From assembly GCA_027371545.1 (NCBI GenBank), contig DAHXMW010000024.1, forward strand, positions 3,139 to 67,138: a stretch of 64,000 bases of DNA, given 5' to 3'. Both the position numbers and the translations under genes were made by a program. The notes beneath the pieces were generated by a model. The model did not search any database and had not been told where the DNA came from. It saw nothing but the letters and a program-made list of their open reading frames with translations. The stretch comes from Candidatus Micrarchaeota archaeon (GTDB taxonomy: Archaea; Micrarchaeota; Micrarchaeia; Micrarchaeales; CABMGC01). This document shows, one piece after another, positions 46,336 through 55,423 of this stretch (position 1 is its first letter; each line of letters starts with the position of its first letter).

Positions 46336-48042
46336 ATGTGTATGTATATCTTGGGCGTATGGGATGGGCACGATTCAGGTTCAGCCTTGATATGCGACGA
46401 CAAGATACTCTTTGCCTCAAACGAGGAAAGGTACACAAAGCGGAAGCTTGAAGTTGCCTTTCCATACAATTCGATAAAGGCAGCGATAAAATACGCTGGC
46501 ATAAAGCCTTCTGATATAAGCCTTGTTGCATTTCCTACAACAGAGATAACCAAGACTGTCTCCAGGATATTCCCGTTCCAGAAGGAAGCATACTACCGGT
46601 TCAGGAGGAGAAAGATGCAAAAGCCCCTCCTCGAGCCTCTCATGCACATCTCTAAATATTCCATGACGAGCATAGGCCCGCTTCCCGGATGCAAAGCCAT
46701 AAGCACTCATATAATCTCAAGACAGCTTGCCTTGCTCGGTATAAAAGCAAAGACCGTAGCTGTCGATCACCACAGCGCACATGCCGCTTCGGCTGCGTTT
46801 ACTTCCGGTTTCAGGAAAGCCCTGGTAATAACCATTGATGGAGTAGGTGACGGGCTTAGTGCATCAGTGAGCACAGTATCAAAGGGAATCCTCACAAGGC
46901 ACCATAAAATAAGCGCCCGCAATTCCATAGGCATATTCTACGAGCAGGTAACCAATATACTCGGAATGCGCGAGCTTGAGGATGAGGGCAAAATAATGGC
47001 AATGGCTGATTATTCATACCCATTTGAACCCAAGGATAACAAACTTAATGATTTTTTTACAACCAAAGATATGGATATAAGGGCAAGATACAATCCTGTA
47101 TCTCAGTACCGCAGGCTTTCCAGGCTCTCATGGTCTATTCCAAGGGAACAATTTGCATATATGGCCCAGCAGGTGCTGGAAGAGAATGTGGTGAAGCTAT
47201 TTTCCGAAGCCGAAGCCAAGTTTGGCATGCACGATTTGGCATATGCAGGCGGAGTGGCGTCCAACATAAAAGCGAACATGAAAATAAGGCAGTTGGAAAA
47301 TACAAAGAACCTGTATATATTCCCGCACATGGGGGATGGGGGCATAGCGCTTGGCGCCGCAATGTACGCCAACTACATAAGCAATGGGGTATCGAGCTAC
47401 GAATTCAACAGCGCTTATCTCGGTAGGGACTACCACGAAGACGAGGTGGAAAGGGAGCTGAGAAAGCACAAATGGATAAGCTACGAGAAAGAAAAAGATG
47501 CACCGGGACACGCTGCAGAGCTGATAGGCAAGGGCAACTATATACTGTGGTTTAACGGCCGCATGGAATACGGGCCACGGGCATTGGGCAACAGGAGCAT
47601 ACTCGCAAGGCCCGATTCGCAGAAAGTAAAGGACACACTCAATATATCAGTGAAGAAGCGCGAATGGTACCAGCCATTTGCCCCATCGATCCTCGAAGCC
47701 GAGGCGGAAAGGCTTTTCGACGAGGTAAAATGCACGGACAGGTTTATGACCATGGCGTATATGGTAAAGGAAGAGTGCAGAAGCCACATGGAGTCTGTAA
47801 TGCATGTTGACGCGACAGCTAGGCCTCAAATGGTGGGCAGCGAGAATGCCGATTACTCGATGCTTATAAAGAAGCTCAAGAAAAGCACTGGCTATGGCGT
47901 TGTGCTTAATACTAGTTTCAACATACACGGAATGCCAATAGCGGAAAGCCCTGAAGACGCGATTAATACGATGAAGGCAACAGGCTCTAAATACCTTTTC
48001 ATAAACGGTTATCTCATACAGAACAAAGAGGGTAAGAAATGA
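46336..48042 (+). CDS. Carbamoyltransferase (NodU/CmcH family)
   Basis: ILGVWDGHDSGSALICDDKILFASNEERYTRK, HHSAHAASA, and the C-terminal YVVLNTSFNIHGMPI pattern. Start placed at an internal Met. Confidence 0.85.
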   Translation: MCMYILGVWDGHDSGSALICDDKILFASNEERYTKRKLEVAFPYNSIKAAIKYAGIKPSDISLVAFPTTEITKTVSRIFPFQKEAYYRFRRRKMQKPLLEPLMHISKYSMTSIGPLPGCKAISTHIISRQLALLGIKAKTVAVDHHSAHAASAAFTSGFRKALVITIDGVGDGLSASVSTVSKGILTRHHKISARNSIGIFYEQVTNILGMRELEDEGKIMAMADYSYPFEPKDNKLNDFFTTKDMDIRARYNPVSQYRRLSRLSWSIPREQFAYMAQQVLEENVVKLFSEAEAKFGMHDLAYAGGVASNIKANMKIRQLENTKNLYIFPHMGDGGIALGAAMYANYISNGVSSYEFNSAYLGRDYHEDEVERELRKHKWISYEKEKDAPGHAAELIGKGNYILWFNGRMEYGPRALGNRSILARPDSQKVKDTLNISVKKREWYQPFAPSILEAEAERLFDEVKCTDRFMTMAYMVKEECRSHMESVMHVDATARPQMVGSENADYSMLIKKLKKSTGYGVVLNTSFNIHGMPIAESPEDAINTMKATGSKYLFINGYLIQNKEGKK

Positions 48043-49751
48043 TGCTAATAGGCTATGCCGTAACCATCTCCATGCTGATCAGCCTTGTAATATTATGCGC
48101 TTCGTTGATAAAATCGCGTAAAGCTTTCGCCTGCGGCAAATCGGATGCGCGCACAAGGAAACCGCTTGGCGTTCTCATTGCGATAATAGCATTCTTCCTC
48201 CTGTTCTCCCTGTTTTTCGTAAGCGCGACAGAGCAGCTATACTTCGATGAAAACATATACCAAGGCATAGCTGTAAACATACTCTCCCATGGCAATGCGC
48301 TCTGGTGCCAGATAGGCACAGGATATCTGAAGAACTGCTATTCAAATTCCCTATATCATGACCCTGTTGGCTGGTCCGTAATAATAGCCATTGCATTCAT
48401 GATATTCGGGATAAGCACTCAGACCGCATTCGCCCTCCAGCTTGCCGTAGGCGTATTTGCAATAGCGTTTACATTTTTGCTTGCGCAGCAGGTTTACGGA
48501 AGCATGCGGACGTCTTTAACTGCTGCACTTATATTTGCACTTTCCCCGATCCTTATAATATGGTCAAGGACCCAAGCTGCGCCAGATCTGCCGTTCATGA
48601 TGCTCTCCACAGCATCCTTCCTTCTGTTCTTTTTGGCTATGGAGAAGAGAAAGGCAGGCATTACTGCCGCATTCCTAGCCGCACTTACTATGACCATATA
48701 TACACGTTCCGAAGCCCTACTGCTGCTGCCCATATTTGCATTCTTGTGGCTGACATATCCTTCCGGGTCCAAGACAAAATACCGTGTCAGGGAGTTGTTC
48801 GGGTCATTGGCAGGCAAAAAGCTTAACATCGCCATTGCACTGTCTTTCATGCTGCTCATGTATCCTGAACTGCTGTACGTATCTACGCTTGCGCTGAACC
48901 CGCATTACGGGCAGAATGCTGCAGGCACGCAATTGTTCTCGTATTCCTCACTTGTCAGCAATGGCTCAACAAACCTGAAGTTCCTATTCGGAGGACTTAA
49001 CCAGGTTTCATTCTATCCTGCCTTGTTCTCGGGCACGGTAACTATATTCGCAGTGGCAGGGGTTGCCTACGCCATAATATTGTGCAGGAGAAAGGATCTA
49101 TGGAAGCTTCTTGGAATATCCATGTGGGTGCTTGCCTACTTCCTTTTCTATTCATCTTTCTATGCAGGCTCTGCCACATACGGTGTTGATTCACGTTTCA
49201 TGCTTGAGCTGCTTCCTGGGATATGCATACTCGGGGCATACGGATTTTCGTCCCTCTCGGATTCCCTCGGATCAATGTACGCGAAGGCAATGCAGACTCA
49301 AAAGAAAAAAATAATGTCCAACATTGTGCTCTTCTTTCTGCTCATAATCGGCGCGATAGCGCCTTTTTATACTCTCCTCCCGCTGATAACCCTGACACCA
49401 TCTAAGATGCCACAGCAGTCATTGATATATCCGGCAATGCAGTTCTTCTATAAAAATTACGATACGGTTCCCGCGAAGTGCATGGTATTCAGCTTCACAC
49501 CGGAGATATGGTACGATGTAAACCGCAGCGCAGCGCAGATAAGCTACGCAAACAGCATCTCCCCTGAGAATCAAAGCTACATGTCCAACTACACCTGCTT
49601 TGTATTCGATTACGGGTATTGGTGCAATACCCCTCCATATGACAACACGATGTGCAAGGGCTACAATTCATCTGATGGTTGGAGGACACTTGCATACAAC
49701 ACCAGCGACGGGCATGCATTCGGGCTATATGAATTCAACACTACAAAATAA
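48039..49751 (+). CDS. GT-C fold membrane glycosyltransferase (family 39 / ArnT/PMT-like)
   Basis: First-loop YFDENIYQGIAVN acidic motif, about 11-13 hydrophobic helices and a C-terminal soluble domain. It overlaps the carbamoyltransferase gene by 4 bp. Confidence 0.7.
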   Translation: MMLIGYAVTISMLISLVILCASLIKSRKAFACGKSDARTRKPLGVLIAIIAFFLLFSLFFVSATEQLYFDENIYQGIAVNILSHGNALWCQIGTGYLKNCYSNSLYHDPVGWSVIIAIAFMIFGISTQTAFALQLAVGVFAIAFTFLLAQQVYGSMRTSLTAALIFALSPILIIWSRTQAAPDLPFMMLSTASFLLFFLAMEKRKAGITAAFLAALTMTIYTRSEALLLLPIFAFLWLTYPSGSKTKYRVRELFGSLAGKKLNIAIALSFMLLMYPELLYVSTLALNPHYGQNAAGTQLFSYSSLVSNGSTNLKFLFGGLNQVSFYPALFSGTVTIFAVAGVAYAIILCRRKDLWKLLGISMWVLAYFLFYSSFYAGSATYGVDSRFMLELLPGICILGAYGFSSLSDSLGSMYAKAMQTQKKKIMSNIVLFFLLIIGAIAPFYTLLPLITLTPSKMPQQSLIYPAMQFFYKNYDTVPAKCMVFSFTPEIWYDVNRSAAQISYANSISPENQSYMSNYTCFVFDYGYWCNTPPYDNTMCKGYNSSDGWRTLAYNTSDGHAFGLYEFNTTK

Positions 49752-49768
49752 CCTAAGTGCGCAAATCT

Positions 49769-50206
49769 TCATATGTCCAATATGAACTTAGAGTAGAAAA
49801 CCTCTTTTCTCTTTGTTATCTTAAGGTTGTGGGGGGTGACTGCCTTTACGTCGAGCCTAGTAAAATGCTCTTTTGGCTTCTTCAGTGAGATTACTGCATC
49901 TACCTCAAACCTTCCTCCCCTACTTCCGAAATTCTTAACAAGCACAGTTTCGCACGCCGTCGCCCTGCCTTGAATTTCGGAGAGAACATTCTGAAGAAAC
50001 TTCCAGAGGGCCAGTTCTTTGCTTGTGGAAGTAACATTTATGCGTAATAACGCATGCTTGCTGCCTGAGGAAGATACCACTGCCCTTTCAAACATCACTT
50101 CAAGGAGCGCATCGGAGCTATTCTGCGCAAGTTCTTTCAAGGTCCTTCCTCGTGCTATAAACCCTATATCTGCAGTATGGGAAATTATTCTGAAGCCGCG
50201 CTCCAT
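49769..50206 (-). CDS. Archease
   Basis: MERGFRIISHTADIGFIARGRTLKELAQNSSDALLEVM and the C-terminal VKAVTPHNLKI. Start at an internal Met; the ORF extends to 50224. Confidence 0.8.
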   Translation of the reverse strand: MERGFRIISHTADIGFIARGRTLKELAQNSSDALLEVMFERAVVSSSGSKHALLRINVTSTSKELALWKFLQNVLSEIQGRATACETVLVKNFGSRGGRFEVDAVISLKKPKEHFTRLDVKAVTPHNLKITKRKEVFYSKFILDI

Positions 50207-50228
50207 ATCCGTATTCGATAACACAATC

Positions 50229-50236
50229 TATATATA
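50229..50236. promoter_or_regulatory. TATA-box-like element (TATATATA) between archease and the sRNA candidate/archaeosortase gene
   Basis: It is centred about 27 nt upstream of the proposed sRNA 5' end at 50260. Being palindromic, it could serve either direction. Confidence 0.35.
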
Positions 50237-50259
50237 CTTAACAAAGGATATAGCCTTGT

Positions 50260-50314
50260 CCTGTGAAGAAAAGAGTAACTGCTGAAATGTGATGACGTCC
50301 ATATCGTCTGAGGG
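50260..50314 (+). ncRNA. Candidate C/D-box sRNA (2'-O-methylation guide)
   Basis: Layout: CCU - C box GUGAAGA (50263-69) - 12 nt - D' CUGA (50282-85) - 3 nt - C' GUGAUGA (50289-95) - 12 nt - D CUGA (50308-11) - GGG. The 12-nt spacers match the archaeal rule exactly and the CCU/GGG ends form a terminal stem. The C box has one deviation from RUGAUGA (U5 to A). Confidence 0.45.
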
Positions 50315-50327
50315 CAAGATGTTGTAA

Positions 50328-51836
50328 ATGAGATTGAGAAACAGTACCGTAATAATGCTGATATCCTTAATGGTGCTTCTAACCCTTCTTAACATAATCC
50401 TAGTGTCGCCATTTTACATAAGCGATACAAACCCATATTCTTATACATCAATGATAATTCTGCTTCTCCCATTATTCTTTCTGCTTGGGCTGAAGGAGAA
50501 GTTCAAGGCAGATATCGATACCAATAGCATAATCCTTGGCATAGCACTGTTTATATTGTTTATACTCTCAGATACCTATCTGTTCACGGCGTTCTCCTTC
50601 CTTTTCATAAGTTACGGGATAATCTTCATAACTTACCCTCTGCTTCTGGCATCAATAATATCGCTTACCGTAGGAATAAAAAACATAAGGAGATTCGGCA
50701 GCCAGGTTGCATATTCCATATTCGGCAGTTCTGCAATCCTAATGCCATTAATCACCCTTAATAACCAATTTGTGGTATTCAACACTTCCATAGTATTCCA
50801 GATAATAAAGCTCTTCGCAAGGAATGCGGTTTACATAAGCCCAATAACGATAGGGCTGAATGGGTCATATATAGGGATAGGGAACGCATGCGTCGACATA
50901 GGCGCAATCATTGCAATAATATTCATAATGATCCCAATTGCGTATTTTTACGATGGAAGGATAAAAGACAAGGCGCTGTGGATCGCGAGCAGCGCAATCC
51001 TGCTATTTGCACTTAACATAATAAGGATGGTCTCAATAACGATGCTTATATTCTATTATGGGGCAAGCACGTCTATACTCTACGTGCACGCCTTTGCCGG
51101 CATGCTGCTCTTCTACATTTCAATGATACTGATGCTTATCCTGGCTGGAAGGTATCGGCTGCATCTTCCAAAGCTTCCGCGTTCTCCTATTGCAAATTAC
51201 GGAAGATATGCAAAATACGGGTTTTCACTTGCAATTATAACATCAATAATGGCTTTCTACGCTTCTTATATCTACGTCTCAGCTCCGTATGTTGCGCCAT
51301 ATGAGTCAGGGGGCGGATCTCTGCTAAATACGAACATTAATGGGTCTGGAATCAATCCATCGACCTTCATCTCTGCTGCAAACTACTCCGAATTACGTGC
51401 AAACGCATCAGAAGGAATAAGCGCCATATATTCTATGGCTGCGGTAAATTCATCAGTAGGGCAATCGATACTGCTTGTGACTTCGGAAAGCAGCCCTGTT
51501 AAATATTATATAATGAATGGGTCTGAGACTCTAGGAAAGCTGAATTTCATAAACAACAACGGTATAAGCGGCTCTGTTGCATATGCGATATCCAATGGGA
51601 CAAGGTTCATTATCTATTCCTCAAAAAGCCCGGTTGGGCTTGCAGGAGGAGATACTGCAGCCGCAGAGCTAATACTAATAACACCTTATAACGCATCTGA
51701 AAATGGCAGTTGCATGATGGGCGATTCTAACCTGTATTCCTACATAGCAGGCTTCCCGGAATACGTCTTGCATAACGAAAGTGTCTCAAGAGCGCTGGAA
51801 TGGGGTTATTGCTATGCAAGCAAGGTGATAAAATGA
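50328..51836 (+). CDS. Archaeosortase/exosortase-family membrane protein with ~200-aa C-terminal extracytoplasmic domain
   Basis: Polytopic N-terminal ~290 aa with candidate catalytic residues in family-typical order and spacing: GNAC(188)VDIG, LNIIR(233)M and YVH(254)AFAG. Confidence 0.55.
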   Translation: MRLRNSTVIMLISLMVLLTLLNIILVSPFYISDTNPYSYTSMIILLLPLFFLLGLKEKFKADIDTNSIILGIALFILFILSDTYLFTAFSFLFISYGIIFITYPLLLASIISLTVGIKNIRRFGSQVAYSIFGSSAILMPLITLNNQFVVFNTSIVFQIIKLFARNAVYISPITIGLNGSYIGIGNACVDIGAIIAIIFIMIPIAYFYDGRIKDKALWIASSAILLFALNIIRMVSITMLIFYYGASTSILYVHAFAGMLLFYISMILMLILAGRYRLHLPKLPRSPIANYGRYAKYGFSLAIITSIMAFYASYIYVSAPYVAPYESGGGSLLNTNINGSGINPSTFISAANYSELRANASEGISAIYSMAAVNSSVGQSILLVTSESSPVKYYIMNGSETLGKLNFINNNGISGSVAYAISNGTRFIIYSSKSPVGLAGGDTAAAELILITPYNASENGSCMMGDSNLYSYIAGFPEYVLHNESVSRALEWGYCYASKVIK

Positions 51837-52795
51837 TGCGGGAAACATCATCGGGTGCGTTCGTATTCCGCTCTTCCGGAAACAAAATTCTATTCCTACT
51901 GCTCCGTAGGAAAAACGGCTCGTGGGACTTGCCGAAGGGGCATGTAGAAAAAGGCGAAACATTGGAAGAGGCCGCAAAGAGGGAAATATTCGAGGAGACA
52001 GGATTGGGGCCAAAGATTGTCAATGGGTTCAGGGTCTCGACCTCATATAGGTTCAAGAGGGAAGGCAAGCTAATTGACAAAAGGGTGATATTCTTCCTTG
52101 CGGAGTCGGATACTGCTAAAGTGAAGATATCTGAAGAGCATGCAGGATACAGATGGGTCCCTCAAGATGAAGCAAAGTTACTAATAGGCCATAAGAATAT
52201 GCTCACGCTTATTTCCAAGGCAGAGCTATATGCATACAAATACCTAAGGATAAAAAAGCTTAATTCTTCATACGCAATGCTCCCAATGCATGCTAAAGGC
52301 TGGAGTTTAAGCAAAAGGCTAGTTCCGGGAGAAGGCTCGCTGGACGCTTCTGTAATGATAATAGGGCAAGCTCCTGGCAGAAACGAAGACAAGCTTCTGC
52401 GCCCATTCATCGGAAGGAGCGGCAAGTTGCTGGATAAGCTACTTTCCAGATCCGCAATAGACAGGAGCACTGCCTATATAACAAGCGCAGTCCAGTTCTT
52501 TCCTCCGGACAACAGGATTCCTACAGAAGAGGAAATAAGGATGTGCTACCCGTTTCTCCAGGATCAGATAAAAATAATACAGCCTAAGTTTATAATAACT
52601 CTTGGCAGAGTGCCTCTCGGTGCTTTCTTTCCTCAGGGAAAGCTTGCGCTCCTTCATGGGAAAAGAATATCCTCTTCTGGACGCACATTCCTTGTGAGTT
52701 TCCACCCTGCGGCCGCTTTAAGATTTAAGAAGATACTTAAGATAATGGAATCTGATTTTGAAAAATTCGGGAAAATCCTGCGCAATAGTAGATAA
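51833..52795 (+). CDS. NUDIX hydrolase fused to a family 4/5-like uracil-DNA glycosylase domain
   Basis: N-terminal NUDIX box GHVEKGETLEEAAKREIFEETGL. C-terminal UDG motif A VMIIGQAPGRNEDxxxRPFIGRSGKLL and motif B SFHPAAALR. Start ATG at 51833 overlaps the upstream stop (ATGA). Confidence 0.75.
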   Translation: MMRETSSGAFVFRSSGNKILFLLLRRKNGSWDLPKGHVEKGETLEEAAKREIFEETGLGPKIVNGFRVSTSYRFKREGKLIDKRVIFFLAESDTAKVKISEEHAGYRWVPQDEAKLLIGHKNMLTLISKAELYAYKYLRIKKLNSSYAMLPMHAKGWSLSKRLVPGEGSLDASVMIIGQAPGRNEDKLLRPFIGRSGKLLDKLLSRSAIDRSTAYITSAVQFFPPDNRIPTEEEIRMCYPFLQDQIKIIQPKFIITLGRVPLGAFFPQGKLALLHGKRISSSGRTFLVSFHPAAALRFKKILKIMESDFEKFGKILRNSR

Positions 52796-52802
52796 GCGTC
52801 CC

Positions 52803-53762
52803 CTACCTTTTTCCTTTGCGGCTATATAACCTGACTGCTTTTCTCATTGAAGCCCTGTACGATAGGAAGCCTATCACAACAACAACTATTATCACAAGGA
52901 AAAAGCCTATTCCAAGGTCATGGAGGTTGTGGACTTTTATAGGTGTAACTATTGCATATCCAAGGAGCTGTGGGAATGCCAGTATTAAGATTCCACCTAT
53001 GGTAAATGCGGCGCCTCCATAAAGGAGAACATCGGAACTTATCGACCGCGATACAAAAGTTATTCCCTGCTTTGTAAGCTTTTTCGCCTTGGATAGCCAT
53101 CTACCGAAGAACGCGCCGAACGTTACTTGCATTGTCATAGTCCCCAGCCCAAACAAGAAACCTGGCACCCATCCCAGCCAAGGGCTGGGCATCGAAGGGG
53201 ACAGGACCGTGTATATTATCAATGCAAATGCTCCAAACCCGAACCCAGCTATAAGCCCATGGATAAAGGCAAGCCTGCTCGGTACAGGCTTAAGCTTATT
53301 AGACATGTCCGAAGAATCTATTGGATTCTGCCTGTGCTCAAATTCCCTGCGCTGATCTTCACTTCCTTCTTTGTGCACGCCAAATATGGCACCAAGCTGA
53401 TTCTCAATCGCATGCCAGTGTGGGTAAATGTCCTTCTTTTTTATATAAATGCCAGCAGCAAGCATCGCTATTCCGACACAGACATAAGTTACTCCAAATG
53501 CAAACGCTGTCATGAATATTCCTGCAAGCGCAAAGTAAGCAACCTCTGAGAGCACAGCCCTCTGCAATGTGAAGCCGCTTGAGAATATCAACCCAGCCTT
53601 CATGCCTCCTTTAGTGCTACCGCTCCCAACTGCATAAGAGAATGTTATTGGCCAGGTATGCTCATCAGGAGTTATCCCGTGCACTATGCCAAGCAGATAA
53701 GATATTATCAAAGCAGCTATAAAGTCTACATTAGAGGGGTTGTAAAGGTTTATCGGGCTCAT
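52803..53762 (-). CDS. Polytopic membrane protein, possible metal-ion transporter (NicO/RcnA-like, tentative)
   Basis: VHGITPDEHTWP loosely resembles the His/Asp-rich first-helix motif of Ni/Co transporters. There is a central His/Asp/Glu-rich loop (HKEGSEDQRREFEHRQNPIDSSD). About 7-8 helices. Confidence 0.4.
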   Translation of the reverse strand: MSPINLYNPSNVDFIAALIISYLLGIVHGITPDEHTWPITFSYAVGSGSTKGGMKAGLIFSSGFTLQRAVLSEVAYFALAGIFMTAFAFGVTYVCVGIAMLAAGIYIKKKDIYPHWHAIENQLGAIFGVHKEGSEDQRREFEHRQNPIDSSDMSNKLKPVPSRLAFIHGLIAGFGFGAFALIIYTVLSPSMPSPWLGWVPGFLFGLGTMTMQVTFGAFFGRWLSKAKKLTKQGITFVSRSISSDVLLYGGAAFTIGGILILAFPQLLGYAIVTPIKVHNLHDLGIGFFLVIIVVVVIGFLSYRASMRKAVRLYSRKGKR

Positions 53763-53979
53763 ATCAGTACCTCATGTAAATTAGTAATGCAATACTACAA
53801 CTAAAAATTCCATAAATGGAACATTTTATTTAAGCATATACATTATTAAGGTTTTTGATTTTGCATAAAATATCAACTCAGGCAAAAAATCCGGCAATAA
53901 GATCGCACTGCGCCCATATGCAATCCCAAAAGTCTATAAAAGTATATTGCAAAGACGATACTGATGGGCAACGGTACAC

Positions 53980-54054
53980 GGGCCTGTAGCTTAGCCTGGT
54001 TGGAGCACCCGACTGATAATCGGGAGGTCGAGAGTTCAAATCTCTCCGGGCCCA
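53980..54054 (+). tRNA. tRNA-Ile (anticodon GAU)
   Basis: GGGCCTG-TA-GCTT...AGC-A-CCCGA-CTGATAA-TCGGG-AGGTC-GAGAG-TTCAAAT-CTCTC-CGGGCCC-A. Confidence 0.9.
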
Positions 54055-54161
54055 CTGCTGCATTCTTATAGCAACTGGGAAACTTGCCCGTGCAATTGTG
54101 GTTAAGCTTATAAATGATGCCTTGTAAATTATATCATATTTCATGCATGTGGGGTTGAAGT

Positions 54162-54665
54162 ATGACTTCGGAATATGAACTAATAGAAGCACCGAGCGAC
54201 CTTCCTGAGGAGAGCAAGGCGATATACACAAAAATGTCACAGATAGTTGAGGCGGTGGCTAAGAGTACACAGTTCATAGTCGAGTCGGAGCTTAATAGGG
54301 CAGTAAGGGATCAGGCAGTAGCACAGCACCTCAAGGATGTTGCCCCTTATCTGTCTGCAGCAGGAACACTTGCTTATTCAGGAAAAGACGTGGATGCGGA
54401 TGGCATAAAGAAGCTACTTTCAGCAGCATCGATACCTATAGATCCGCGTATAGGATCATTGATATCGAACCTAAAGTTCAAGAATCACCTTGTTTATATA
54501 GTGGCCATATTTTTCATTATTGGGATAGGAAAGGATCCAGACCTAGAAAGCCTGATAAATGTGGTTCGCGCCATGGACGTGCATCCAGACAAGGCACTTG
54601 CACAAAAGGCGTTAGAAACATATAAACTTATAACTAACAATAAAGCAACTAACAATAAAGCCTGA
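54162..54665 (+). CDS. Protein with two tandem ribosomal stalk P1/aL12 N-terminal-like helical domains, lacking the conserved acidic C-terminal tail
   Basis: aa 62-105 (YLSAAGTLAYSGKDVDADGIKKLLSAASIPIDPRIGSLISNL) and aa 111-152 (VYIVAIFFIIGIGKDPDLESLINVVRAMDVHPDKALAQKAL) both align by eye to archaeal P1 (YIYAALLLxSAGKEITEENVKAVLEAAGVEVxDARVKALVAAL). Confidence 0.45.
   Translation: MTSEYELIEAPSDLPEESKAIYTKMSQIVEAVAKSTQFIVESELNRAVRDQAVAQHLKDVAPYLSAAGTLAYSGKDVDADGIKKLLSAASIPIDPRIGSLISNLKFKNHLVYIVAIFFIIGIGKDPDLESLINVVRAMDVHPDKALAQKALETYKLITNNKATNNKA
54632..54661 (+). repeat. Perfect 15-bp tandem duplication (AACTAACAATAAAGC x2) at the 3' end of the P1-like CDS
   Basis: Read directly from the sequence. 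It encodes TNNKA-TNNKA immediately before the stop codon. Confidence 0.9.
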
Positions 54666-54672
54666 TGGTCTA

Positions 54673-55404
54673 ATGAGGGAAAAAGTAAGCACAGGGATAC
54701 AGGGATTGGACGATATGCTGTACGGCGGCATTCCAGAGGCTAATCAAGTCATAGTTGCTGGCGGTCCTGGTTCTGGGAAGACACTGCTCGGATTCGAGTA
54801 CCTATACAAAAATGCAAAGAAAGGCGATATCGGCCTTATGATCTCTCTAGAAGAGAACACTGACATGATAATACAAAATGCATCTGATGCTTTCACCGAG
54901 TTTAATGATCTGGAGGCACTGATAGAGAGCAAGGCAATAACAATACTAGGCAGGGACCAGACTAGGTATTACTTCTCATACGACAGTGAAAAAGAGCAAT
55001 ATACGTTTGGAGGTCTTGTTGCGAGCATAGAATCTGCAATATCCTCCCTCCATGCTACGCGCGTTGTCATAGACTCTGTCTCTGTGATTAAGCTCCTCAT
55101 AAAGGACACATACATATACCGCGACGTTTCCATGAATCTCGCATCAAGTCTGAGGGATGCGAAAGTTACTAGCATGCTCACTATGGAAATGGAGACTGCC
55201 GACAAGGAAAAAATGATGTTTCAGCCGGAGTTTTTCATATACGATGGTATAATAAGCATGTATTCCGGAAGCGGGGGTGGCGGCAGAACCCCATCAATGG
55301 AAATAATAAAGATGCGCGGCGCCAACCACAGTTTTGATACAGTTCCTTATGAGATAAGCCCTTCTGGAATTAACGTGTTGCTGTTGGAGAAAGAGCAGCA
55401 CTGA
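54673..55404 (+). CDS. KaiC-like single-domain RecA-superfamily ATPase
   Basis: GIQGLDDMLYGGIPEANQVIVAGGPGSGKT (Walker A), ISLEEN (catalytic Glu pair) and RVVIDSVS (Walker B). Confidence 0.85.
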   Translation: MREKVSTGIQGLDDMLYGGIPEANQVIVAGGPGSGKTLLGFEYLYKNAKKGDIGLMISLEENTDMIIQNASDAFTEFNDLEALIESKAITILGRDQTRYYFSYDSEKEQYTFGGLVASIESAISSLHATRVVIDSVSVIKLLIKDTYIYRDVSMNLASSLRDAKVTSMLTMEMETADKEKMMFQPEFFIYDGIISMYSGSGGGGRTPSMEIIKMRGANHSFDTVPYEISPSGINVLLLEKEQH

Positions 55405-55423
55405 GAGTCTAATCAGATAAATC

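Noticed and set aside
45989-46531. 180-aa minus-strand ORF
   Set aside because: It is antisense to aIF-1A and the start of the carbamoyltransferase gene, both of which have clear family signatures.
50019-50285. 88-aa plus-strand ORF
   Set aside because: It is antisense to archease and ends inside the C/D-box sRNA candidate. No motifs.
54113-54120. AAUGAUGC C-box-like sequence upstream of the P1-like gene
   Set aside because: No D or D' CUGA occurs at the required spacing and there is no terminal stem.
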